Origin: Gammaproteobacteria bacterium
Lineage (GTDB): Bacteria; Pseudomonadota; Gammaproteobacteria; JBCCGL01
Assembly (NCBI GenBank): GCA_965277715.1
Contig: OZ255836.1
Span: 3,488,001 to 3,552,000 of the forward strand
Direction: 5' to 3'
DNA: 64,000 bases
Position 1 is the stretch's first letter. The number at the start of each line of letters is the position of its first letter. The position numbers and the translations under genes are program-made. This document shows, one piece after another, positions 9,368-20,728 of this stretch. The notes below the pieces were generated by a model, which did no database searches, was not told where the DNA came from, and worked only from the letters and a program-made list of their open reading frames with translations.

Positions 9368-10125
9368 TTTCGTTATTACAACTCGATGGAGCACTGCTAC
9401 TGACCGTGCTTTCTATTATGTTGTTTGCCGGTTTAGTGCACGGCACACTGGGCCTGGGTTTTCCAATGGTTGCAACGCCCATGCTGGCGGTTTTCTTTGA
9501 TGTGCGTGTGGCAATATTGCTGACATTGTTACCTACAGTGGCGGTGAACCTCGCCAGTATTTACGCTGCAGCCAACGCCGCCGCCACAATACGCCCGTTC
9601 TCGCCACTCGCTGGGTTTGTGCTGCTGGGTTCGCTGGCCGGAGCTTATATTCTCGCCAACACTGACCCCGAACCTTTTCGATTGGTTTTGGCCGGGTTAA
9701 TACTGTTATATATGCTAAGCCATTTTTTTGCGCGCATTCCCCGTGAGTGGCTACAGCTAAATAAGCTGTTAGCGATGGCCGTATTTGGCGTATTGGCCGG
9801 TTTATCTGCGGGCACGACAAATGTAATGGTGGCGGTGTTGATTATCTATTTTTTATCACTGGAAACGCCACGCAGTGAAATGGTGCCCGTACTCAATACG
9901 TGTTTTTTAATTGGAAAAATATCGCAAATCGCGGTACTTGCCCTGGCGGGTTTCGTCAGTTTTAGTTTGCTCTATGAAACAGCCCCGCTGGCTATTGCTG
10001 CGATTATTGCCCTACTGTTTGGCCAGCGTATTCGTGAAAAAATTGCTATCGATACATATAAAAAAATATTACAGGGATTGCTGGTGTTATTAGCGGGTAT
10101 TTTAGTTGTGCAGTTTTATTGGTAA
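9364..10125 (+). CDS. TauE/SafE-family membrane transporter
   Basis: AGLVHGTLGLGFPMVATP; ~250 aa hydrophobic protein. Confidence 0.85.
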   Translation: MISLLQLDGALLLTVLSIMLFAGLVHGTLGLGFPMVATPMLAVFFDVRVAILLTLLPTVAVNLASIYAAANAAATIRPFSPLAGFVLLGSLAGAYILANTDPEPFRLVLAGLILLYMLSHFFARIPREWLQLNKLLAMAVFGVLAGLSAGTTNVMVAVLIIYFLSLETPRSEMVPVLNTCFLIGKISQIAVLALAGFVSFSLLYETAPLAIAAIIALLFGQRIREKIAIDTYKKILQGLLVLLAGILVVQFYW

Positions 10126-10131
10126 TAAACC

Positions 10132-10241
10132 TAGACCCCATGTATTAACTTGCACACAAGTCAATACATAGGGTCTGCTGCATCAGCCAATAATTGCTCC
10201 AGAAAAAAGCGTTCTGGAACAATTAATTGCAAGTGAATACA
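10132..10241. repeat. Nested-palindrome element, family B
   Basis: TAGACCCCATGTATTAACTTG...CAAGTCAATACATAGGGTCT plus TAATTGCTCCAGAA...TTCTGGAACAATTA, between convergent genes. Confidence 0.8.
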
Positions 10242-10271
10242 GGTCGGGAACCTGTCGGATTCAGGACTGCC

Positions 10272-10898
10272 CTACTGCCAAAAACCCGACAACATATCAG
10301 CATCAGGATTCCCCCCGGCAACGAGTGCCTCTCTAACACCCAGCCGATCCTGCTGGGGTTTGTTTTGGTTGGCTTTCCACTTGCCACACAGTGTCGTTAC
10401 CGCCATTTCTAGCCCGACGATGGCGGAAAGTTGTTTTTCTATAAACGCCTCCGGTGCATCAGATACCGCCCAGGGTTTTTCCTGGCTGGATTCCTGATCG
10501 TTGGTGAGTTTTTCCAAAAAGCGGTGTTTCCAGTGGGCATCGTCAATAAACTTCAGCGTACCGCTGGCATGAACAACAGCGTAATTCCAGGTAGGCACGA
10601 CCTTGCCATGCACCTGCTTTGAGGGATACCAACCGGGTGAAACATACGTATCCGGCCCCTGAAATATAGCCAGCGCCCCGCCGGTTACACGTGCTTTCCA
10701 CAAGGGATTGGCCAAGGCTATATGGCCTTGCAGCAGCCATGCATTTTCCTGCTGTGGGTTTTCGCATAGTCGCAGCGGGATGTGATTGGCAGACAACCCG
10801 GATTCTGTATTGACCACCAGCGTAGCCAACGGGTACGCCTTGATCAAACCGTGAAGAACGTGAGGGTCAGACTGCTCAAAGTGTTTTGGTATATACAT
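10272..10898 (-). CDS. paiB: FMN-binding negative transcriptional regulator (PaiB family)
   Basis: MYIPKHF, GHIALANP.W, FQGP..YVSP.WY and VPTWNYAVVH motifs. Confidence 0.92.
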   Translation of the reverse strand: MYIPKHFEQSDPHVLHGLIKAYPLATLVVNTESGLSANHIPLRLCENPQQENAWLLQGHIALANPLWKARVTGGALAIFQGPDTYVSPGWYPSKQVHGKVVPTWNYAVVHASGTLKFIDDAHWKHRFLEKLTNDQESSQEKPWAVSDAPEAFIEKQLSAIVGLEMAVTTLCGKWKANQNKPQQDRLGVREALVAGGNPDADMLSGFWQ

Positions 10899-11165
10899 AT
10901 CAATTGATCTATTAATTTAAGGCATCAGCAGGAATACATCAGAGGCACAACCTCATACTGCCAGCAATTATAACCAGGCCACCCTCCACGGAACAGTTGG
11001 TGTGCATTTATCTTGATTAGCCGGGCATTCTCACGGCCTGTGCTGCACTTATCTGCGGCCCTAAAGAAGTCCAGATTAGCCAAGGTGATATACGAATCTG
11101 GTTAGATATCATTGTGCAGCGCGCATAGAAAGTGTCGATTTACGTCTGTATCGTTAGCAAGGTAG

Positions 11166-11336
11166 GCCGGTTGGTCTGCCCAGAAAAAACGCTTGCCCCA
11201 TATCCATATGAGAGGTTTATTCACTGAAAATATGGTGAGGATGGGTATCGATCATGGTGTATTGTGCGATACACCGCAAGAAAGTGTATTTTTCAGCTAT
11301 AGTCTAAGCAAGGCAATAACAATACTCTTGTTTTGA
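11166..11336 (+). pseudogene. cas6f: Remnant 3' end of cas6f (csy4)
   Basis: Open frame after TAG 11163 reads KRLPHIHMRGLFTENMVRMGIDHGVLCDTPQESVFFSYSLSKAITILLF*. It aligns by eye, without gaps, to the recalled Csy4 C-terminus (LPF..LRS.STGQ.FRLFI.HG........F..YGLSK...VPWF*) and sits directly before the leader. Confidence 0.65.
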
Positions 11337-11466
11337 CCTTCTTTTTTCACGCTCTTTAACAATTCAATAAAATCAATAAGTTACAGATACACTGAATTTC
11401 ATTGGTATTTTTTGTTATTTGAAGTTAAGTATTTGTTGTGACTTGTTTTTTTTGCTTTATACTCGC
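11337..11466 (+). promoter_or_regulatory. Type I-F CRISPR leader with IHF-like site
   Basis: AT-rich 130 bp; AATCAATAAGTTA at 11371-11383 fits the IHF consensus WATCARNNNNTTR. Confidence 0.8.
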
Positions 11467-14400
11467 GTTCACTGCCGCACAGGCAGCTTAGAAAAGACTT
11501 CCCCCGCCCCTGTTCACCCTCCAAGAGTTCACTGCCGCACAGGCAGCTTAGAAAGTAATAATTAAATCGGGCGTCAATATCATTGCGTTCACTGCCGCAC
11601 AGGCAGCTTAGAAATCAGCGATATGTTTATCTGCTTTATCTGCCAAGTTCACTGCCGCACAGGCAGCTTAGAAAGTCTGATGATAATTTATCTCAAGTGC
11701 TTGCTGGTTCACTGCCGCACAGGCAGCTTAGAAAGTCACTGCCGTTGGCTCGCAGCGTGGTACCATGTTCACTGCCGCACAGGCAGCTTAGAAAAGACAT
11801 ACTCTGCCAATCTTCATTATCTTTCTGTTCACTGCCGCACAGGCAGCTTAGAAATGAACTGCAAGCGATGTATCCATGCCATTTAAGTTCACTGCCGCAC
11901 AGGCAGCTTAGAAAATTTATTATATAGACTCTTCCATACGATATTCGTTCACTGCCGCACAGGCAGCTTAGAAATGATATTGCCCTGGCCAGCGCGCTGT
12001 CTCACAGTTCACTGCCGCACAGGCAGCTTAGAAAAAAGTGGGGGCACTGCCCCCAGTAACACTCGATGTTCACTGCCGCACAGGCAGCTTAGAAAAACAA
12101 ACGGAATCAGGAAAAACGGCTGATTTTTGTTCACTGCCGCACAGGCAGCTTAGAAAGTATTCGATAACGAGTGGGTCGATGGTATTGAGTTCACTGCCGC
12201 ACAGGCAGCTTAGAAATTGAGTATCTGGCAAAGGGTAACAAAATGAAGGTTCACTGCCGCACAGGCAGCTTAGAAATCTCAGTGCGGGTATTACCTGAGT
12301 GTATTTTGTGTTCACTGCCGCACAGGCAGCTTAGAAATTCTCTAGCCATCTTCCATCCATTCCATATAAGTTCACTGCCGCACAGGCAGCTTAGAAACTC
12401 TGTATGAGAAAAAACAACGTGATGAATCAGTTCACTGCCGCACAGGCAGCTTAGAAACGCAGGGTTTCGTGTCACGGCGTATACGCAAACGTTCACTGCC
12501 GCACAGGCAGCTTAGAAATATATCACCGAGTTGGGCGTAGAGCATGGTGAGTTCACTGCCGCACAGGCAGCTTAGAAATGTAGAAATGGCAACAGCGGGC
12601 GTTGCTCGGGGTTCACTGCCGCACAGGCAGCTTAGAAAGCTTTACACGGTGTGGGTCTACTCGAAGGTGAGTTCACTGCCGCACAGGCAGCTTAGAAATA
12701 GAGGTAATTATTAATTATGTCTCATATAACGTTCACTGCCGCACAGGCAGCTTAGAAAACAGGTATCCGTTTACGCTCAGAACGCCACCCGTTCACTGCC
12801 GCACAGGCAGCTTAGAAAGTTGAGTGGGTTTTTTTCGATTAAATCGTCGTGTTCACTGCCGCACAGGCAGCTTAGAAATTTGTATTATGAAGATGGAAGC
12901 TTTGAAGCGGGTTCACTGCCGCACAGGCAGCTTAGAAAGTTCACTCAACAGCAGATAGATATATTCTTGAGTTCACTGCCGCACAGGCAGCTTAGAAATT
13001 AAATCCACATCATCTAGATTAAAATCATCAGTTCACTGCCGCACAGGCAGCTTAGAAAGCTGGCTAAGCACGATGATATTGTAGACACATGTTCACTGCC
13101 GCACAGGCAGCTTAGAAAAGTGAATCTATTACATTCACTGCCAACTGTTTGTTCACTGCCGCACAGGCAGCTTAGAAAGGATACACCCCCTAGACACCCA
13201 AATTGTCGATGTTCACTGCCGCACAGGCAGCTTAGAAAATACGGCTTTACGCCGCAAACTGAACGATTACGTTCACTGCCGCACAGGCAGCTTAGAAACT
13301 GAAATCACATTGACGGCATCTGAAAATTAAGGTTCACTGCCGCACAGGCAGCTTAGAAAGCTCATACCTTAAATTTTCTCAGTTATGTATTGTTCACTGC
13401 CGCACAGGCAGCTTAGAAACTACGTTTATGTCATTGGCATTGGCCCCTGGGGTTCACTGCCGCACAGGCAGCTTAGAAATTGATTTTGTCAATCTAACCA
13501 TATCTTCCAAGGTTCACTGCCGCACAGGCAGCTTAGAAACGAACCTTGCCCATTTTCAACCGCCATTTCCTTGTTCACTGCCGCACAGGCAGCTTAGAAA
13601 GTTGTAAATCGGAACGAACTCATCACACAAATGTTCACTGCCGCACAGGCAGCTTAGAAACTCAGATTAAAGCTATGATTTGGGGGTAAATAGTTCACTG
13701 CCGCACAGGCAGCTTAGAAAATCGATAATACGACTCAAGTATTACAATTAACGTTCACTGCCGCACAGGCAGCTTAGAAAGTTTTGTCTGCTTTGCCGAT
13801 TAACTGAGACAAGTTCACTGCCGCACAGGCAGCTTAGAAACTACTGGCCTGGATCAAACAAGTTATTTTTGCGTTCACTGCCGCACAGGCAGCTTAGAAA
13901 GTATGTTTTATCTTTTTTGTTGGCCTCGCAATGTTCACTGCCGCACAGGCAGCTTAGAAAATACACGCCCCCTCGCATCACGATACCACACGGTTCACTG
14001 CCGCACAGGCAGCTTAGAAAATTAAATCTTGTGCCACCGCTGGGTTTCTTTTGTTCACTGCCGCACAGGCAGCTTAGAAACATAATCGAAGCGAACTTTG
14101 TAGTGAATGTACGTTCACTGCCGCACAGGCAGCTTAGAAAGTTTCGGCGGATAAGGACGTATTTGTCGAGAGGTTCACTGCCGCACAGGCAGCTTAGAAA
14201 TTTTAACAATCTTTTTTGTTCAACAGATTGCAGTTCACTGCCGCACAGGCAGCTTAGAAATGGTAAAAAAGGAATGAAAGCGCTAAAGGGCAGTTCACTG
14301 CCGCACAGGCAGCTTAGAAAGTTACTTATTAAATAACTCGCATATCTTTTTTGTTCACTGCCGCACAGGCAGCTTAGAAAATTAACTTTAAATATGTCAT

Positions 14401-17400
14401 CTTCTGTCATTTGTTCACTGCCGCACAGGCAGCTTAGAAATTCGAGAGCCTTGACCACGCCGCTGAATCTCTGTTCACTGCCGCACAGGCAGCTTAGAAA
14501 GATAATTTAGTCTCTCAAGTCGATGATTTTTTGTTCACTGCCGCACAGGCAGCTTAGAAAAAATTGCCCACGCCTACCCCGGCGGACGCGACGTTCACTG
14601 CCGCACAGGCAGCTTAGAAAGTAAAAAATCTTTGCATCTAGTTCATCAAAAAGTTCACTGCCGCACAGGCAGCTTAGAAAAATTTTTTCAAATAAAGCCG
14701 ACGGATTTTACAGTTCACTGCCGCACAGGCAGCTTAGAAAACATCGATCTAATAGATGTGGCACCGCTTAGTGTTCACTGCCGCACAGGCAGCTTAGAAA
14801 AGACTAGCGGCCACTTACCCCCGGGCAACTTTGTTCACTGCCGCACAGGCAGCTTAGAAAATTTGCTTAATTTTAAACATAACAACTCTCTAGTTCACTG
14901 CCGCACAGGCAGCTTAGAAATTTTGGGAAAAGACGTTTCAAAATATTGATAAGTTCACTGCCGCACAGGCAGCTTAGAAAGGTGTAATCACCGAAATTAT
15001 CATTGAATACCGGTTCACTGCCGCACAGGCAGCTTAGAAATTATATCTATTTCATCCATCAAATATTGAAGCGTTCACTGCCGCACAGGCAGCTTAGAAA
15101 ACATCCTGATACATTTCCCTGCAATCCTGATTGTTCACTGCCGCACAGGCAGCTTAGAAACATCGTCTGATAGATTTATTTCAATAGAAATAGTTCACTG
15201 CCGCACAGGCAGCTTAGAAACTGATCATCTGGAACCCCGGTGTTGATTGAAGGTTCACTGCCGCACAGGCAGCTTAGAAATGCATAGTGTCGTGCGTATC
15301 TCTAGTTCGTCCGTTCACTGCCGCACAGGCAGCTTAGAAAGTACTGTTGCCAACGCCCTTGTGTTAATTCATGTTCACTGCCGCACAGGCAGCTTAGAAA
15401 CGTTAAAGCGCTTGATGAATTAAAAGCCGCGTTGTTCACTGCCGCACAGGCAGCTTAGAAATAGGGGCGGGCGGCAATATGTACAATTCAGCTGTTCACT
15501 GCCGCACAGGCAGCTTAGAAACGGCAGAGGTGCAGGAGCGCGTTCCTCGCTTAGTTCACTGCCGCACAGGCAGCTTAGAAATTGTTCTCGATATTTGATA
15601 ACAACTTCGTTAAGTTCACTGCCGCACAGGCAGCTTAGAAAAGCCTGTACCCCCGCACTCGTGACATTTCACAGTTCACTGCCGCACAGGCAGCTTAGAA
15701 ATTATGATAAATCATCTCGAACTTCTATTGTAAGTTCACTGCCGCACAGGCAGCTTAGAAAGTTAAATAACGGAAGCAGGGGCACTAAACCGCGTTCACT
15801 GCCGCACAGGCAGCTTAGAAAAATAAATCCAAGCGATAATGTAGCCTTGTCTGGTTCACTGCCGCACAGGCAGCTTAGAAATTCTAATTGATATAATGAA
15901 CTTTTGCCGTATTGTTCACTGCCGCACAGGCAGCTTAGAAATTCTGCGTTTTCAAGTTCATCTGTCATTTGTAGTTCACTGCCGCACAGGCAGCTTAGAA
16001 ATGAAAATTCACGTGAACGTTTTATTGGAAATTGTTCACTGCCGCACAGGCAGCTTAGAAAAGAGGTTCCACGCGGTAAGTCGCTTATTTCGTGTTCACT
16101 GCCGCACAGGCAGCTTAGAAATGTGATATAAAGTGATCATTGAGCTGTTTCGTTGTTCACTGCCGCACAGGCAGCTTAGAAATTTTTGACCTGCTAGATC
16201 TTTTGCGATTTTGAGTTCACTGCCGCACAGGCAGCTTAGAAAATTCGATATACACTCTAATTTAATGAATGCTCGTTCACTGCCGCACAGGCAGCTTAGA
16301 AACGTTCATTCCACTGGTGGGATGGCGATGCCGCGTTCACTGCCGCACAGGCAGCTTAGAAATTATATGATGGCACCATGAATACGGGCAATGTGTTCAC
16401 TGCCGCACAGGCAGCTTAGAAATGATTCAAGATGAGGGATTTAATTCATATATTGTTCACTGCCGCACAGGCAGCTTAGAAATTCTGTTTGTTTATCCAC
16501 AAAAACTAGTGCATGTTCACTGCCGCACAGGCAGCTTAGAAAGCTTATGTCTTTATTCTGATCGAACTCCTTGAGTTCACTGCCGCACAGGCAGCTTAGA
16601 AATGACCTTGCCTGCAATACGGGCAATTAACATCGTTCACTGCCGCACAGGCAGCTTAGAAAAGTTATCCAAAGCAGTAAAGCGCTGAACTCATGTTCAC
16701 TGCCGCACAGGCAGCTTAGAAATGTAAATAAAAAGTGATCGGCTGTCGCCGCTTGTTCACTGCCGCACAGGCAGCTTAGAAATTTTGTATTGTTTTAACG
16801 CCCCACCACTGATTGTTCACTGCCGCACAGGCAGCTTAGAAAATTCTCGTCAAAAATATTAACGCCTTCTCTTTGTTCACTGCCGCACAGGCAGCTTAGA
16901 AACGTTGCTGAATACAGCAACGGGGTACCTCAACGTTCACTGCCGCACAGGCAGCTTAGAAAGTTCCATCACCCACGCACGGCAGTATTCATCTGTTCAC
17001 TGCCGCACAGGCAGCTTAGAAAAAATAAATTAGGTAGCGGAAGAAAGTTAGATAGTTCACTGCCGCACAGGCAGCTTAGAAACTGATCGTCAATGTCTAA
17101 AATTGGTTTAAGCGGTTCACTGCCGCACAGGCAGCTTAGAAATAAAATCCCTCACTTAAACTCTCCCCACCACAGTTCACTGCCGCACAGGCAGCTTAGA
17201 AATACTGTGTCAAGCCACGAAAAAACACCGGTCGGTTCACTGCCGCACAGGCAGCTTAGAAAAAAAATCTAAACCCAGATGCTATCCATATCATGTTCAC
17301 TGCCGCACAGGCAGCTTAGAAAGTTCTTGACGTTACTATTAATACAAACATATTGTTCACTGCCGCACAGGCAGCTTAGAAAGTTTATTACTAATGTATC

Positions 17401-20026
17401 AACATCAATGGAGAGTTCACTGCCGCACAGGCAGCTTAGAAATGATGCACTGCACGTAATGCTTCTGTTCTTGCGTTCACTGCCGCACAGGCAGCTTAGA
17501 AAAACAGGAACAGGAAAATCTATTGTCATTGCATCGTTCACTGCCGCACAGGCAGCTTAGAAAAGTAACTACTATTGCACCCGGCGCAGCTACCCGTTCA
17601 CTGCCGCACAGGCAGCTTAGAAAGTTAAATCGCTTCCATCTTGCGTGTTGGGTTTGTTCACTGCCGCACAGGCAGCTTAGAAATTTTACCCGACTCATAA
17701 TGAATACACCCCTCTGTTCACTGCCGCACAGGCAGCTTAGAAAACCAAAATCATTTAAAAATTGTTAACCCCACAGTTCACTGCCGCACAGGCAGCTTAG
17801 AAAATATCATAATCCCAGACCCATTCCTTCTAGCGGTTCACTGCCGCACAGGCAGCTTAGAAAGTACTCGAATCGTGACGTAGGCCCGCCTAAAAGTTCA
17901 CTGCCGCACAGGCAGCTTAGAAAGTTTCCCGCTGTTTGCTCAACATTCATCTCCGGTTCACTGCCGCACAGGCAGCTTAGAAATTTCTGCAAAAACTTCC
18001 AGGTCTTCTTTTACAGTTCACTGCCGCACAGGCAGCTTAGAAATTTTGCTGTTTCTTTGTATTCAACATTACCTCGTTCACTGCCGCACAGGCAGCTTAG
18101 AAATGAAAAATCCGGCACATGTTGAAGCAGATGAAGTTCACTGCCGCACAGGCAGCTTAGAAAGTTTGGCACGATGGAGTTGACGGAGGTTGGTAGTTCA
18201 CTGCCGCACAGGCAGCTTAGAAAGCTTAGCTTTAACACCACGAGAGACCACTATGGTTCACTGCCGCACAGGCAGCTTAGAAATTATCCCAAATCGCAAT
18301 ATTATGATAATAAACGTTCACTGCCGCACAGGCAGCTTAGAAAACTTAACACCTCGATTGCATTTATAATTAGCAGTTCACTGCCGCACAGGCAGCTTAG
18401 AAATAGTCTACGTGCATATAAATTTTATCGTCTATGTTCACTGCCGCACAGGCAGCTTAGAAAGTTAAATTCCGTTCTAAATATCATCGATGTTAGTTCA
18501 CTGCCGCACAGGCAGCTTAGAAAAAATTGCCTTGGTCACTCGCCAACGCTTTGGAGTTCACTGCCGCACAGGCAGCTTAGAAATTTTTTTGTTATATGTC
18601 TAACCGCTTCTAATAGTTCACTGCCGCACAGGCAGCTTAGAAAGGATTGGACGGTTGGAATGAAGGCCGGGTTGTGTTCACTGCCGCACAGGCAGCTTAG
18701 AAATGATTATTATCCCGCTTCATTACCAACCTCCGTGTTCACTGCCGCACAGGCAGCTTAGAAAACTGTTGTGTAACGGGCTTAATGAAGAGTGGCGTTC
18801 ACTGTCGCACAGGCAGCTTAGAAATTTATTGATATAGCAATCCTGCTGCATTTGATGTTCACTGCCGCACAGGCAGCTTAGAAATCTGCGCTAGGCATTT
18901 TTAAATTAATTCGTGAGTTCACTGCCGCACAGGCAGCTTAGAAAAGAATATACGGGTAATCAAACCGACAACCGTTCACTGCCGCACAGGCAGCTTAGAA
19001 ATCCCCATGAGCCGCGTATTCAAAAGCGACCATGTTCACTGCCGCACAGGCAGCTTAGAAAACATTTTGTCGAGCCGGTGCAGATTTTATTGCCGTTCAC
19101 TGCCGCACAGGCAGCTTAGAAATCTAGCGGCTATTGGTACGCCGCACATTCCCACGTTCACTGCCGCACAGGCAGCTTAGAAACGGTTCGCAAAGCCAAA
19201 CACTCAATCTCGAATGTTCACTGCCGCACAGGCAGCTTAGAAATGCAAAAAAGCCGGTGCAACTATTAGAATGCAGTTCACTGCCGCACAGGCAGCTTAG
19301 AAATCATCAGCCCGCACCCACTTGTCCCCATTCCTGTTCACTGCCGCACAGGCAGCTTAGAAACTCGAATAATAAATTTATTAATAGTGCTATCGGTTCA
19401 CTGCCGCACAGGCAGCTTAGAAATTGTGATGAGTTTGGGTGCCACCGTTTTGGACTGTTCACTGCCGCACAGGCAGCTTAGAAAATTCGTCGCCCATCGC
19501 AGTAATTGCAGTAGAAATGTTCACTGCCGCACAGGCAGCTTAGAAAATAACGACGGCTGAAACGTTTAATTTATCAAAGTTCACTGCCGCACAGGCAGCT
19601 TAGAAAACTTGGTTCGGGGCCGATTTTCGGCCAATAGAGTTCACTGCCGCACAGGCAGCTTAGAAAGGGACAAAATATTTTGTTGATGACCTGGAACGGT
19701 TCACTGCCGCACAGGCAGCTTAGAAAGTTAGCCCTTTTGGGAACTTATACCCGGGCTTGTTCACTGCCGCACAGGCAGCTTAGAAATGTAGAATCAAACA
19801 CCGCCATGTGTACCGCTAGTTCACTGCCGCACAGGCAGCTTAGAAAATTTAAAGCAGTGTATCAAACTGCAAATGACTGTTCACTGCCGCACAGGCAGCT
19901 TAGAAAGTACAGCTCCGTCACGCGTCTTTGTAGCGTGTGTTCACTGCCGCACAGGCAGCTTAGAAAGTCTGGAGTGATTAAGTGGTCTGACGCTAACTGT
20001 TCACTGCCGCACAGGCAGCTTAGAAA
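11467..20026 (+). CRISPR. Type I-F CRISPR array, 143 repeats and 142 spacers
   Basis: 28-bp repeat GTTCACTGCCGCACAGGCAGCTTAGAAA. Spacer lengths from repeat offsets: 127 x 32 nt, 13 x 33, 1 x 29, 1 x 34. One variant repeat seen (C>T at 18805). Confidence 0.99.
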
Positions 20027-20045
20027 ACTGTAAATTAGTGAATTA

Positions 20046-20181
20046 GGAACGTGCACGAAACAAATTCCGGGGTTTGCAAATGTATCGATTTACCTTATAG
20101 CTGAGTTGGCTGAGTGTTATTAACAAATAGCGCATTATCTAAATAACATGATAAAAGTGGACATTATTTTGTGTACGTTCC
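20046..20181 (+). mobile_element. MITE family A (IS5-like ends)
   Basis: Imperfect TIR GGAACGTGCACGAAA...TTTTGTGTACGTTCC; nearly identical to 38556-38684. Confidence 0.8.
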
Positions 20182-20580
20182 ATAACGTCCTACGCTGCCC
20201 ACATAGAATAAAGAGTAGACGTTAGCTTACCTTTTATTAATCTTTGTATTTATTCGTGGTGCTGTAGGGGTTTCGTTCGCGAGGCGTAAGTGTCTTTCTC
20301 CACTGTATACAGCGCGAAGCTGTGGTGAGCGTTGGGGAAAAGTCAATGCAAGAACATTGGCAGGTAAGATACACGAGAGACGAGTAAACCCGAATACGTG
20401 TTGACGTGTCGAAACCAAATTGACAAGACATCAGAACCAGGGGCGGGAGGTAGAACTGGGATAAGTCTGTGCGTGAATGCCGAATGCGGCGCAGGCGGTG
20501 TCTGGCATACAGTGTACGTGACTGTGTATCAGGCTTTTTATGGGAACTGTGGGAACCAGTCGTTGTGATGCAAAGAACGC

Positions 20581-20721
20581 CTAATTATCATCCTCCAATA
20601 TCCGCTGAGCCGGTCCCTCCAAATCATCAAACTGGCCACTTTGCACAGCCCAAAAAAACACCCCCACAATAAGACCTGCGAGCAACATTGCTATCGGAAT
20701 CAACAGAAAGAGAATATCCAT
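20581..20721 (-). CDS. ccoS: cbb3 oxidase assembly protein CcoS
   Basis: MDILFLLIPIA..FFWAVQSGQFDDLEGPAQRIL. Confidence 0.93.
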   Translation of the reverse strand: MDILFLLIPIAMLLAGLIVGVFFWAVQSGQFDDLEGPAQRILEDDN

Positions 20722-20728
20722 CCCGCTG

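Noticed and set aside
11467-20026. Self-targeting spacers, or a CRISPR-associated transposon (I-F3)
   Set aside because: No spacer match to this window noticed by eye (not exhaustive); no tnsABC or tniQ, and CAST arrays are typically short
11583-20056. Many ORFs with SLPHRQLR, FLSCLCGSE or VHCRTGSLE repeats
   Set aside because: Translation artefacts of the 60-bp CRISPR periodicity
20182-20580. Unexplained 400-bp region after the array: tracrRNA or anti-repeat candidate, short ORFs
   Set aside because: No complementarity to the repeat seen, type I-F uses no tracrRNA, and the ORFs lack recognisable motifs
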